Of a stretch of DNA of 64,000 nt, positions 22,393 through 32,786 are shown piece after piece; the stretch's first letter is position 1, and the number at the start of each line of letters is the position of its first letter. Made by a program: the position numbers and the translations under genes. This stretch comes from an uncultured candidate division Zixibacteria bacterium (GTDB lineage Bacteria > Zixibacteria > MSB-5A5 > UBA10806): positions 1 to 64,000 of the forward strand of contig CAWFQL010000011.1 of the NCBI GenBank assembly GCA_963817915.1, written 5' to 3'. A model generated the notes under the pieces. It did not search any database. It was not told where the DNA came from and was given only the letters and a program-made list of their open reading frames with translations.

Positions 22393-22803
22393 TCCTGCGA
22401 GTCACGTCTTGACGTGACCGCATCCCGCTCTGATCGCGGTCAGGGCAAGCCCTGACTCGCCATTATTGATCAATAATATTATAACAATCAGCTGTAGGTC
22501 GGGTTCCGAATGAGCGAAGCAAGTGAGAAACCCGACAAAAAAGACTTGTCATTCCAGCGAAAGCCCGTCAAAGGCCGGGCTTCTGACCGGCTGGAATCCG
22601 AGCTTTCGAGCTGTCGGGTCCCCTGACCCGAAGTTGTCATTGCGAGTCCGGCAGTAGCCGGACGAAGCAATCTGTTCCTGTTCCCCCGTGCTGTCGGGTC
22701 CCCTGACCCGAATTTGTCATTGCGAGTCCGGCAGTAGCCGGACGAAGCAATCTGAACCCGCTCCCCGTGTCGTCGGGTCTCCGCACCCGACGATAGTCCG
22801 ACA
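22393..22803. repeat. Composite REP-like cluster with 80-bp periodic units
   Basis: Inverted TGCGAGTCA..TGACCGC pair (22396-22460), GTAGGTCGGG..CCCGAC and GTCATTCCAG..CTGGAATCC. Units GCTGTCGGGTCCCCTGACCCGAA.TTGTCATTGCGAGTCCGGCAGTAGCCGGACGAAGCAATCTG at 22610 and 22690, with a partial third at 22770. Confidence 0.9.
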
Positions 22804-22810
22804 ATATATA

Positions 22811-24283
22811 TTATTTCAGATACATTAGTTTAATACTTCGATAGTCAGATGCAGTTGTTACACGCGCGAAATAGATTCCTGAGGAAACGCCATTCCCGTC
22901 CTTGTCTTTGGCGTTCCAGATTACTCCCCCCTCCTTTCCATTTAAGTTTGTTGACCAGATGCTCTGTCCTAAGATATTATATATCTCCAATTCAGCGACC
23001 CCTCCCTCTGGATTTTCGAATGTTATCATCGTAGAAGAATTGAATGGGTTAGGATATGAATGAATATCTATCTTATAAGGCATGATGGGAGCATTATCAT
23101 CCTCTACCCCCACAAAATCATGGTTCCTTATGTAGTATAAATACTGGGCAGGACAATCCCTGCTCATAACCACATGCAAAATTGTATCTGCCTGATCGAT
23201 AGTGTAAGTCAGGCAGGGATCATTATCCGGCAAATGCACTTCTCCTGATATCATTTCTGGGTTCCTCCAGCTATTCCCCCAATCAGAAGAGTTGGAATAG
23301 TATATCTTTGAGTTGCCGCAGCCGAAATACTGAAAGTCCATCCAGATTACATAAATTTCATTTTGCAAAATTAAGCATGACGAAGCATAGCCCGATTGTG
23401 CAATAGTGATGTTTGTCCAAGGCTGCCACGTCAGCCCATTATCCACGCTTACTCGCGAAAAGATATCGCCCGAAATTCCACACATGCTGCCGTTTAGATA
23501 ATCCTTCCATACAACCAGAACATGGCCTAAGCTATCTGCAAAGGCCGACGGCATAGTGCTATGAACATAATTAGGTGCCAGCTCGGCCGGCGAAAGAATG
23601 GTCCTGACAGACCAATTCTGTCCGGAGTCAGAGCTGCGTTTATAGTAAATCTCAAAGCCGAAGGAATCGGCGTCCACTCCCATTGGATAGATAAGATGAA
23701 GGATACCGGAAGAATAAAGTAGAATCGGGGGCTGGATTATAAGAAGCGGCCCGCTATCGACTAAGCTGCTATCCTGCCAGGTAAGGCCCCCATCAATGCT
23801 CTTAAAAAAAAGATAATAGCCATCAAATGCGCAGGCTAAGAAAAGCGTATCCCCATTGGTAGCCAGACTGGGAAATGACATGGTTCGATCGCTGTTATTA
23901 TAGACTTGATTGGGCTGATTCCAAGACATGCCCCCATCAGAACTCGAAGAATGATAGAGTTGCCATGTAAGAGGTGGGTTGTCGCCGACTTCCTTCCATA
24001 TTAAATGCAACAATCCTTTGGAGTATTTTAAATCAGGATTCTCCATATAATGTGAAGTATCAACAGGGATAATCGGGTTGGTCCAGGTCAGGCCGTTATC
24101 ATTGGAACGCATGTAATAGCCCTTTGGCCAGGTGCTGACCACATGAAGAGTCTCCCCAACAGCTATCATCTTAGGAGCATCGGGCCCCAGGCTATCGCTC
24201 ATTCGCACCGGCTCGGTCCAGGCGTAAACTATTCCGGTGGTTAGGGCTATTATTGCTATTATTAAAACTAAAGGCTTGCGCAT
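22811..24283 (-). CDS. Secreted BNR/Asp-box (sialidase-like) propeller protein with T9SS sorting domain
   Basis: Signal peptide MRKPLVLIIAII; repeated S.D.G.TW Asp-boxes; SYPNPFN...SSGIYFARV...IKLMYLK. Confidence 0.85.
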   Translation of the reverse strand: MRKPLVLIIAIIALTTGIVYAWTEPVRMSDSLGPDAPKMIAVGETLHVVSTWPKGYYMRSNDNGLTWTNPIIPVDTSHYMENPDLKYSKGLLHLIWKEVGDNPPLTWQLYHSSSSDGGMSWNQPNQVYNNSDRTMSFPSLATNGDTLFLACAFDGYYLFFKSIDGGLTWQDSSLVDSGPLLIIQPPILLYSSGILHLIYPMGVDADSFGFEIYYKRSSDSGQNWSVRTILSPAELAPNYVHSTMPSAFADSLGHVLVVWKDYLNGSMCGISGDIFSRVSVDNGLTWQPWTNITIAQSGYASSCLILQNEIYVIWMDFQYFGCGNSKIYYSNSSDWGNSWRNPEMISGEVHLPDNDPCLTYTIDQADTILHVVMSRDCPAQYLYYIRNHDFVGVEDDNAPIMPYKIDIHSYPNPFNSSTMITFENPEGGVAELEIYNILGQSIWSTNLNGKEGGVIWNAKDKDGNGVSSGIYFARVTTASDYRSIKLMYLK

Positions 24284-24584
24284 GAGGCGCCTCACAATTA
24301 TTCAGATTTAAATATCTGTGATTAATATACAATAGCTTTCTAATATTGCAATATAATATTTTAGATATTTTATAGCCTCGATGTTATCATGCTCTATCAG
24401 CCCTTTGATTTATCATAATTGGTTAAATCGAAAAAAGGCGGCATAATATTGATTGCGCAAGCCCTGAAAATACAAAATCGTCTAAAATAATCCTTGACAA
24501 AATGGATAAAAGTATATAATTAAGTGGTGAGATATTACTCATCTTAATAGGGTGGAGAAGAGGAATTTAAAGGGGAATTACTCT

Positions 24585-26201
24585 ATGCGCTCAATCTCAA
24601 TAATAGCAATCATAATAACCTTCTCTGTTATTTCTTTTGGGCAGACCGGCAATATGCCCGGCCGCTACTTGCCCGGCGATATCTGGCAGCCCCAAAATCT
24701 AAATTCTACAAATGCAGCCCTAATTAGCAACAGCGAAAACCCCTTCGATATCTTCACAGATTGGGGCACAGATATAAGACTGACCCATTTTGATTTGCCT
24801 CATGCGCATTGGCCCGAGATTGCGGCCTCGGGCAATTATCTTAATGTAGCCTGGTGGTATTTGACAGGCGATAGCGTGTATTTGGCCAGGAGTAGCGACG
24901 GAGGTCTCACCTGGACAGATCGCAAGCTATCGGATGATAGCACTATGTTTTCATATGTTCCGCAGATATCTGCATCAGATAGTAATGTCTATGTAGTTTA
25001 CAGGGGAGCAAGACCGTGGGAAGGCATTTATATGCGCCGTAGCACTGATTATGGGGCCACCTGGTACAATACCCAAAGGCTCTACTACACTGCCAGAAAT
25101 TATGCTGTAAGTCCGACTGTTGCTTCTTTCGGGAATAGGGTCTATGTGACTGCAGATATTGAGGTTGACTATGTTCCTCCGCAAGATTGGGATATTTGGC
25201 TTTTTCGAAGTAATGACTGTGGAAGAAGCTGGCCGGATACTTTTTTTGTCTCCGACAGCACAAGCAGCAGCTTGGGACCCGATCTGGCCATAAACAATAG
25301 CGGCTTGCATCTTATCCGAGGCTTCGACCTTATCTCCTCCAATGCCACTGAAATTGTCTATAGCGGCAGTTCGGATGGCGGCGAGACCTGGTTTGGCCCT
25401 ACGATGCTTTCGGATAACGATTCTCTTCACTCATTTTGGCCTCAAATAGCAGCCTGGGCCGATTCGAACGTAATCGTCTCCTGGACCGATTATAAGTATT
25501 CTCATTTTGAGTGGACAGGCGATGCTTTGATCTCGAAAAGTACAAATAATGGCCGAAGCTGGACGGCTCCTTACCAACTCACGTTCTCTCATGGAGTTAA
25601 GGGAACCGATATTTTGCTGTTAATGATACGTTTTAGTTTGTTTTAGTGATAATCTCGAAGCGGCAGACGCGCCATCTATTGCAATGTCTCGTTTGACGGC
25701 GGCGTGACCTGGCGAGGGCGATGAAAGAATCTCGGATAGTCCTTATTACTGTATCGAACCGAGTGCTGACGATATTCGAATGGTATGGCCCACATAAGCT
25801 GGTCTGATTCTAGAAATAATCCTGACCCAAGATATTTCGAAATCTATTACGATAGAAGCAATCTTGGGACAACGGCAATTGAGGATCATGATAAAGGCAA
25901 TTTAGCGCCTGACAGGATTTCTGTCTGGTCTTACCCTAATCCGTTTAATTCCAAGACGATAATAAATATCAAAACTCAAATGACGCAAGGAGGTGATATA
26001 AAACTGGAGATCTTCGACATAATCGGCAGGCTCGTAAAAAGATTTGACATCGTTGAAAGTGCGCTTAAAGGAGGGACTTCCGCGCAAATAAACTGGGACG
26101 CCTCGGATGCATCCGGCAAAATGGTTAATTCAGGAATCTATTTTGCCAGAGCATCGACTCTCGAACATAAATCTTCTATAAAGCTTTTATATTTGAAATA
26201 A
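24585..26201 (+). CDS. Secreted BNR/Asp-box protein with T9SS sorting domain (several frameshifts 25615-25770)
   Basis: MRSISIIAII signal; RSSDGGLTW, RSTDYGATW, SSDGGETW; CTD SYPNPFN...SGIYFAR...IKLLYLK in 25785-26201. Confidence 0.8.
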
Positions 26202-26216
26202 TAATATAACCTATTT

Positions 26217-26295
26217 TGCGTGTCACAGTTCACTGTGACCGCAAAATCATCAGGCGGTCATATTCCCCGTGCTGTCGGGTCCCCTGACCCGACAG
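26217..26295. repeat. REP-like cluster between convergent genes
   Basis: TGCGTGTCACAGTTCACTGTGACCGCA and CTGTCGGGTCCCCTGACCCGACAG. Confidence 0.8.
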
Positions 26296-26314
26296 AAAAG
26301 CCCGACAATCTTTT

Positions 26315-27298
26315 CTACTCTCTAAACCTCACCAGCCATATATCCCCAAAGGAATTTTGTTCAAATGAGAACCTTCGTTCGCTTCTTATAAACGCCATCA
26401 CCTTGTCGTCTCGCGACCAACAAGGCATATAGTCCATATAATTCCCCGCGCCGCTTATGATAATGTGTTGATCGGTTTTTGTATCATATAATATAATTCT
26501 CGGGTTTTCATCGCCACATATTATATTAATATATCGCCCGGTACTCGAAAAACCATTTAGATAGCATGCCGTGTCCCCATACGAAATCTGCGACGATATC
26601 CCATTTCGCGAAATATAAATCGGCCCGGGCGCGCCGCCAATCTGCAATGTCTGATACGCGGATACATTTGTATCGGGTGATTTAATCCGTCCCGCGAAAT
26701 TCTCGGTTAATATCCCGGAAGGCGGATTCGATCTATCTATAATCGGTTTTCTATAATCGTAGTCCTGATTCAATGTGTACAATTCGCTGTTATTGACATT
26801 AATCCCGAATGGCTTAACAACCTGGCTGAATTTCAATCCAATGGTATCATCAGGATCGGATACCAACAATCTTTTGAAAAATATAATCGTGTCTCCGGTA
26901 CTGAATGTGGGATTCAGGCATTTGCCCTCCTCAGTCAAACGTTTCATCTCAGCGACTTCTTCAATTGGCTTGCATGAATTAATAAATCTGTCTGTTATGG
27001 TTATTTTTGTTTCCTGCTTTTCTTTCGCACAACTTAAGAGCAGCAAAATCGCCAGCAAAATTCCTATGCCGTACAGCGGTGTCCCTTGACCCAACCTGTC
27101 TTTGCGAGTCCGGCAGTTGCCGGACGAAGCAATCTGTGCCAGTTGCCCGTGCTGTCGGGTCGCCTGACCCGACAGATAGGCTGAACCGTGTCGTCGGGTC
27201 TCCGCACCCGACGATAAACCCGACAACCCTGCGCTGTCGAGTCGCCTGACCCGACAGATAAGGCGCTCACCAACCCGACAACTTGTCATATTCTTCAT
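26315..27298 (-). CDS. Lipoprotein with TolB/PD40-like beta-propeller; N-region interrupted in frame by a REP cluster
   Basis: Lipobox ILLLLSC; PD40-like NPTFSTGD..IFF, FSSTGRY, MPCWSRDDKVMAFIRS..GDIWLV. Start codon uncertain. Confidence 0.75.
   Translation of the reverse strand: MKNMTSCRVGERLICRVRRLDSAGLSGLSSGAETRRHGSAYLSGQATRQHGQLAQIASSGNCRTRKDRLGQGTPLYGIGILLAILLLLSCAKEKQETKITITDRFINSCKPIEEVAEMKRLTEEGKCLNPTFSTGDTIIFFKRLLVSDPDDTIGLKFSQVVKPFGINVNNSELYTLNQDYDYRKPIIDRSNPPSGILTENFAGRIKSPDTNVSAYQTLQIGGAPGPIYISRNGISSQISYGDTACYLNGFSSTGRYINIICGDENPRIILYDTKTDQHIIISGAGNYMDYMPCWSRDDKVMAFIRSERRFSFEQNSFGDIWLVRFRE
27078..27283. repeat. REP-like cluster inside the 5' end of the lipoprotein ORF
   Basis: GTCTTTGCGAGTCCGGCAGTTGCCGGACGAAGCAATCTG plus three GTCGGGT..ACCCGAC-type palindromes of the same families as 22610-22800. 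Confidence 0.88.
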
Positions 27299-27306
27299 CA
27301 CAAACA

Positions 27307-27335
27307 ATTATAATCCTAAAGCGCTCGCTTGTCAA
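27307..27335 (-). promoter_or_regulatory. Consensus sigma70 promoter
   Basis: Minus strand TTGACA-N17-TATAAT, 8 nt before ATG 27298. Confidence 0.75.
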
Positions 27336-27447
27336 ATACTCCGGCCTTAATAACTTGACTTTAATAATCGCCCATGCTATTTAATTTATCCGGCTTTTAT
27401 GGCATTTTGTGCGCTATAGGCTGACGAAATTTAATGGGAGGTGCGAC

Positions 27448-28320
27448 GTGAAAAAAATACTTCTGCCTTTTCTAATTTTCATAGTAATCGGCGCGGTAAC
27501 AATCTACTACTTCACCAAAGGCAATAACGGTAATCCCAATCTGCTCGTCATGGCCGGAACCATCGAGGCGGTGGAAATCAACCTTGCATTCAAGGCAGGC
27601 GGCAAATTAGAATATATAAAATACGATGAGGGAGACTCGATTATTCAAGGTGACACCATCGCCGAGCTTTCTCATAGCGAAACTCTGGCGCGCATCCGGC
27701 AGGCCGATGACCAGATCAACGCATCATTGGCCCAACTGAAATTGGCGCAAATCGATCTCAGAAACACCGAGCGCAATCTCGAACGAGTCGAAAACCTGAT
27801 CCCGGTCGGTGGAGCGACTACCGCTCAAAAAGATGATCTACAAGATAAAAAGCTCGCGTCTCAGGCTACAATCGAGGCTACCAATGCCGCCATCGCCGCC
27901 GCCCGTTCCCAATATGACTACCTCAATGTGCTTTATGATAATGAATTTCTTGTCGCTCCCATCAATTGCAGCGTTTTGATCCGGCCGGTCGAGGGGGGCG
28001 AAGTCCTTAATCCCGGACAGACCGTTCTCACTGTCGCCGATCTTAATCGCCTGCAGATTAAAGTTTACCTGCCCGAAATAAATCTCGGCAATGTCAAGAA
28101 CGGCCAGGATGTCTCAATAGCGATCGATTCATACGCCAAAAAAAGCTTCACAGGTAAAATCACCAAAATTTCCGATAAAGCCGAATTTACTCCGAAAAAT
28201 ATCCAGACCAAAGACGAACGGGTGAAGACTGTCTATGCCGTTACGGTTTCCACCGGCAATTACGATGGCGTCTTCAAGCCCGGCATGCCCTGCGATGTTA
28301 CCTTAAATCTGGCTAAATAA
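27448..28320 (+). CDS. HlyD-family membrane fusion protein (YbhG-like)
   Basis: GTG start after GGGAGG; GTIEA.EINLAFK.GG, biotinyl-like domains, AEFTPKNIQTKDERVKTVYAV, KPGMP. Confidence 0.92.
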   Translation: MKKILLPFLIFIVIGAVTIYYFTKGNNGNPNLLVMAGTIEAVEINLAFKAGGKLEYIKYDEGDSIIQGDTIAELSHSETLARIRQADDQINASLAQLKLAQIDLRNTERNLERVENLIPVGGATTAQKDDLQDKKLASQATIEATNAAIAAARSQYDYLNVLYDNEFLVAPINCSVLIRPVEGGEVLNPGQTVLTVADLNRLQIKVYLPEINLGNVKNGQDVSIAIDSYAKKSFTGKITKISDKAEFTPKNIQTKDERVKTVYAVTVSTGNYDGVFKPGMPCDVTLNLAK

Positions 28321-28321
28321 T

Positions 28322-29233
28322 ATGATCGAAGTCAGCGGCCTTAAGAAGTCTTTCGGCCTCAAGCAGGCGTTGTGCGGAATCGATATTTCGGTCAGCGATG
28401 GTATTGTTTTCGCTCTCGTCGGTCCCGATGGCGCCGGCAAGACAACATTGCTCAGATTACTGGCCGGTATTCTCACTCCAGATGCCGGATCGATTATTAT
28501 ATCCGGTCATGATATTGTTCGAAACCCTGAATCTGCCAAGAATGAAGTGGGATATCTTTCGCAGAGATTCGCTTTGAACCCCGTGCTTACTGTCGAGGAA
28601 AATATCAATTTCTTCGGCGCCATGTTCGATGTTCCCCGAAGCCAGCGACTGGCTCGAATCGAACGATTGATGGAATTTTCAAGATTGGGGCCGTTCAAGA
28701 AACGACAGGCCGGTCAGCTCTCTGGCGGAATGAAGCAAAAGCTCTCGCTCTGCTGTTCTTTGATTCACACCCCCAAGCTTCTGCTTCTCGATGAGCCCAC
28801 AACCGGTGTCGATCCTATATCCCGACGAGAGCTATGGGCGATCTTACAGGACCTCTTGTCTGACGGTGTCACCATAGTATTCTCAACTCCTTATATGGAT
28901 GAGGCCGAACGAGCCAACGAAGTGGTCTTGCTTCATCAAGGCGCAGTGCTGAGATCGGGAAGCCCTGATTCCATTCGTGCCACATATCCATATTCATTAT
29001 TCGAAATCACCTGCCAGCATGCCAACAACGTCTATCGATTATTGTCACAGCGGCTCGGTTCCAAACGAGTCAGTTTTCTTGGCGACCGGCTTCAAATCGC
29101 GCTCGATTCGCCGACTTCTTTGAATGAAATTACCGCCTATCTTAAAACAAATGACTTAACGATCGACAAAAGCGAGCTAATATCGCCCGGCCTTGAGGAT
29201 CTTTTTATCGAGATAATATCGCATGGAAAATAG
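28322..29233 (+). CDS. ABC exporter ATP-binding subunit
   Basis: GPDGAGKTT, LSGGMKQKL, LLDEPTTGVDP. Confidence 0.93.
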   Translation: MIEVSGLKKSFGLKQALCGIDISVSDGIVFALVGPDGAGKTTLLRLLAGILTPDAGSIIISGHDIVRNPESAKNEVGYLSQRFALNPVLTVEENINFFGAMFDVPRSQRLARIERLMEFSRLGPFKKRQAGQLSGGMKQKLSLCCSLIHTPKLLLLDEPTTGVDPISRRELWAILQDLLSDGVTIVFSTPYMDEAERANEVVLLHQGAVLRSGSPDSIRATYPYSLFEITCQHANNVYRLLSQRLGSKRVSFLGDRLQIALDSPTSLNEITAYLKTNDLTIDKSELISPGLEDLFIEIISHGK

Positions 29234-30185
29234 ATTAGATATTTCCGGTTTCGCCGTTTCCGTAGAAAGCCTTGCCAAAAAATTTGACAGCTTCGTCGCG
29301 GTCGATAATATCAGCTTCAATGTCCCCAAAGGGGAGATATTCGGTTTTCTTGGCCCCAATGGCGCCGGCAAATCGACAACCATCAGAATGCTCTGCGGCA
29401 TTATTCCGCCAACATCGGGGCAGGGATTTGTCGGCGGCCTTTCTATTTACAAAGATCGCGAAAAGATTAAACTGATAACTGGCTACATGTCGCAAAAATT
29501 CTCATTATATGGAGATCTGACTGCGCGCGAAAATCTCGAGTTTTATGGCGGTGTTTACGGATTGCCAAAAACTGAAAGACGCGAACGTATCGAATGGGCT
29601 CTCGAAATGTCCCACCTAAAAGATCGTCAGGATGATCTCACCGGCGCGCTCGCGGGCGGATTCAAACAGCGTCTGGCATTGGGCGCCGCTATACTCCATA
29701 AACCTTCTATTCTTTTTCTCGATGAGCCTACTGCCGGAGTCGACCCGCTGTCTCGTCGAAATTTCTGGGAATTGATTTACGACCTGTCATCGCAAGGCGT
29801 CACAGTTTTCGTCACTACTCATTATATGGATGAAGCCGAGCATTGCGACCGCATAGCCTTTATAGACAAGGGTAAACTCATCAAATTGGCATCACCCGCA
29901 GTTCTGAAGACGTCTAATATTACCGGCCGGATATTCGAAATAATTACTCCTGATTGGCTGAAAGCTATCAAGCTCTTACGAGCCAAATCAGATCAATTCG
30001 GAATGCCGACAATTTTTGGAGTTAAAATTCATCTGGATTTCATCGGAAATGATATTATTGAAGTCGAAAAATATCTTAGTTCCCAAAACATTAAAATCGA
30101 ATTAACAAGGGAGATTGCCCCTTCGCTTGAAGATATATTTGTTTCGCTGCTCAGCCCCGATCAAAATGCCGGAAAGGTAGCTTAA
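29223..30185 (+). CDS. ABC exporter ATP-binding subunit
   Basis: GPNGAGKST, YMSQKFSLYGDLT, FLDEPTAGVDP, TTHYMDEAE. Confidence 0.93.
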   Translation: MENRLDISGFAVSVESLAKKFDSFVAVDNISFNVPKGEIFGFLGPNGAGKSTTIRMLCGIIPPTSGQGFVGGLSIYKDREKIKLITGYMSQKFSLYGDLTARENLEFYGGVYGLPKTERRERIEWALEMSHLKDRQDDLTGALAGGFKQRLALGAAILHKPSILFLDEPTAGVDPLSRRNFWELIYDLSSQGVTVFVTTHYMDEAEHCDRIAFIDKGKLIKLASPAVLKTSNITGRIFEIITPDWLKAIKLLRAKSDQFGMPTIFGVKIHLDFIGNDIIEVEKYLSSQNIKIELTREIAPSLEDIFVSLLSPDQNAGKVA

Positions 30186-31295
30186 ATGCGGCTTTTTGCC
30201 ATAATGCGTCGGGAATATATCACTATCATCCGTGATCCTCGCGCGCTTCTAATGGTAATAATCTTTCCATTGTTTTTGATGGTTCTCTATGGCTATGGTG
30301 TGACATTCGATATTAATAATGTCACAATGGGAATATACGACCAATCTAAAACCGAAACTTCGAGAAGACTTATCGATGAATATACCTCTTCGGGCTATTT
30401 CTCCATCGTCGACTATTCACTATCCCCCGAGGCGCTTGAAGACTTGCTGATCTCCGACAAAATTATAATCGGGATAATCATCCCGCCTGAATTCGCCTCG
30501 AAAATCAAAGCCAATCAATCGACAGCAATCCAGGTTTTGGTCAACGGCACCGACGCCAATACTGCCAGCGTCGCGCTCGGATATCAAGCTGCAATATTCG
30601 GACGGTTTGCCAGAGAAAATATCACCCTGCCTCCCAATGTCAAACTGCCCGCCGTAGTCGATAAAACAAGGATCTGGTACAACTCCGAAATGAGATCGGC
30701 CAACTTTATCGTCCCGGGCATCATCGCTATTATCATGATGTTGCTTGGTGCGATCCTGACATCGACAGCCATTGTCCGCGAAAAGGAAAATGGCGCCATC
30801 GAACAGATTGTTGCCTCTCCGGTGAAATCATATGAATATATTCTCGGCAAAATCACTCCATATGTATTGCTGTGCCTATTTGATGTCGCTCTCGTAGTCA
30901 CCGCGGCATATTTTATTTTCGATGTTCCCATTAAGGGCAATTTGCTGCACCTCGCATTTTTCACGATTTTGTTTCTCGCCAATGCCCTCGGAATTGGACT
31001 ATTTGCTTCGGCGGTCTCTACAACAATAACTAATTCGCAAATTCTATCTGTAATGATAAGCCTTTTGCCTTCCATTTTGCTTTCAGGCTTTGTATTCCCG
31101 ATAGCGAGCATGCCAAAGGTCGTCCAGGCATTTACCTACCTGGTACCGGCTCGATATTTCCTGGTGATACTTCGGGGTATTTTCCTTAAGGGAGTCGGTT
31201 TCAATGAACTCTGGCCGCAGGGGCTGTTTCTCGTCATTAATGCCACCTTTTTTCTAAGCTTGGCGGCGTTGAAATTTAAAAAGAAGTTGGACTAA
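30186..31295 (+). CDS. ABC-2 type permease (YbhS-like)
   Basis: IRDPRAL, WYNSEMRSANFIVPG, REKENGAIEQ, LSGFVFPIASMP. Confidence 0.9.
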   Translation: MRLFAIMRREYITIIRDPRALLMVIIFPLFLMVLYGYGVTFDINNVTMGIYDQSKTETSRRLIDEYTSSGYFSIVDYSLSPEALEDLLISDKIIIGIIIPPEFASKIKANQSTAIQVLVNGTDANTASVALGYQAAIFGRFARENITLPPNVKLPAVVDKTRIWYNSEMRSANFIVPGIIAIIMMLLGAILTSTAIVREKENGAIEQIVASPVKSYEYILGKITPYVLLCLFDVALVVTAAYFIFDVPIKGNLLHLAFFTILFLANALGIGLFASAVSTTITNSQILSVMISLLPSILLSGFVFPIASMPKVVQAFTYLVPARYFLVILRGIFLKGVGFNELWPQGLFLVINATFFLSLAALKFKKKLD

Positions 31296-32419
31296 TGTTC
31301 AGGCGTATCTTTTTCATCGCTCAAAAAGAGCTTATTCAATTGATACGGGATAAACGTTCCCTCAGGCTGCTTATAATGATGCCGGTCGTACAGCTCATAC
31401 TATTTGGGTATGTCGCCACTACCGATGTCAAAAAAAATCCGACCGTCGTTTGCGATTATAGCAAGACTCCAACCAGCCGCGAATTCTTGGAAAGATTCGT
31501 CTCCAGCGGCTATTTCACGATAGTCGACTATATTCCCAGCATGAACGAGATAAATGAATATCTCGATCATGGCGATGCTGTTATCGGAATCGTGATTCCA
31601 GTCGATTTTGCCAGAAAAATAGCGTCGGGCGATACCGCCGCGGTCGGAGTCTTTATCGATGGCACCAATAATAACCTCGCCACAATCCTTTCGGCTTATG
31701 TTTCCCAAATTGTTCAGCAGTATTCAACCGAACTCTCGATAGACTATATTAATTCCAAGGGTCTTCAACAACCTCATCTGCCTCAATCAGTGCCCAGGGT
31801 ATGGTTCAACCCCGAACTTAAATCGGTTAATTTTATGGTGCCAGGCGTTATGGGAATGCTTTCGATGATGCTGCTACTCAATCTGACTACCCTGGGAATA
31901 GTCCGCGAACGAGAAAACGGCACCGCTGAACAGATTGCGGTCACACCCATCGGAGCCTTCGACCTCATAATCGGCAAATTGATCCCTCCATTGCTAATGG
32001 GCTACATCGTGATTACGCTTGTCCTTGTGCTCGGCCTCGCCTGGTTTGGCATTTCGTTCAAGGGTTCTGTGGCGCTGCTTTATCTGCTTTCGGGGGCTTT
32101 CATAATAGGTGCGCTGTCAGTGGGTTTGTTGATTTCGACAATATCCCATACCGGCGACCAGGCCATGTGGTTTAATCAAATCTTCTCCATTCCCAATGTT
32201 TTACTATCAGGGTTCATGTTTCCAATCAGCAATATGCCGCATCTCATTCAATTATTCACCTATATTCTGCCAATGAGATACTATCTTACAATCATTAGAG
32301 GCATTTTTCTGCGGGGAAGCGGCTTCGGTCAATTATGGCAGGAAACACTGATACTGGTGATCTGGGACATCGTAGTTATCTCATTGGCATACCTGAGATT
32401 AAAAAAGCAGATTGTATAG
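31295..32419 (+). CDS. ABC-2 type permease (YbhR-like)
   Basis: KELIQLIRD, WFNPELKSVNFMVPG, RERENGTAEQ, LSGFMFPISNMP. Confidence 0.9.
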   Translation: MFRRIFFIAQKELIQLIRDKRSLRLLIMMPVVQLILFGYVATTDVKKNPTVVCDYSKTPTSREFLERFVSSGYFTIVDYIPSMNEINEYLDHGDAVIGIVIPVDFARKIASGDTAAVGVFIDGTNNNLATILSAYVSQIVQQYSTELSIDYINSKGLQQPHLPQSVPRVWFNPELKSVNFMVPGVMGMLSMMLLLNLTTLGIVRERENGTAEQIAVTPIGAFDLIIGKLIPPLLMGYIVITLVLVLGLAWFGISFKGSVALLYLLSGAFIIGALSVGLLISTISHTGDQAMWFNQIFSIPNVLLSGFMFPISNMPHLIQLFTYILPMRYYLTIIRGIFLRGSGFGQLWQETLILVIWDIVVISLAYLRLKKQIV

Positions 32420-32457
32420 GGAATATTTATTGAGTATATTCGTATAAATTAATAGAT

Positions 32458-32721
32458 ATGATTGAAGATAATAAAGATAACCCGGGTTCACGGTTTTTAG
32501 ACTGGCTCTTATTGCCACTTCAGGCTATATTTTTCATACTCGGTATTGGAATCGTGACTGGCCTGCTTTTTCGTGAAAGCGGCTTTCTTGAGGGTACGAC
32601 ACGAGTGGTTATCGGAATGGTTTTTATTATTTATGGCGGCGGACGTGGCTATATGATTTTGAGAAAGCTTCGCATGAATAGCAAAGGGGCAAAAACTGGA
32701 GAAAAAAATCTTGACAATTAG
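32458..32721 (+). CDS. Small two-TM membrane protein
   Basis: Two hydrophobic helices; G..FIIYG..R pattern. Confidence 0.6.
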   Translation: MIEDNKDNPGSRFLDWLLLPLQAIFFILGIGIVTGLLFRESGFLEGTTRVVIGMVFIIYGGGRGYMILRKLRMNSKGAKTGEKNLDN

Positions 32722-32786
32722 GGCCGAAATCGTATTTTTCAGGTCTAATTTGTTTGGGGGTCTTTTTTTATGGAGGTAACCAAAAT

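Noticed and set aside
22610..22803. CRISPR array
   Set aside because: Only 2-3 units, repeats ~65 bp with ~15-nt linkers, the same palindromes are dispersed elsewhere, and no cas genes are present.
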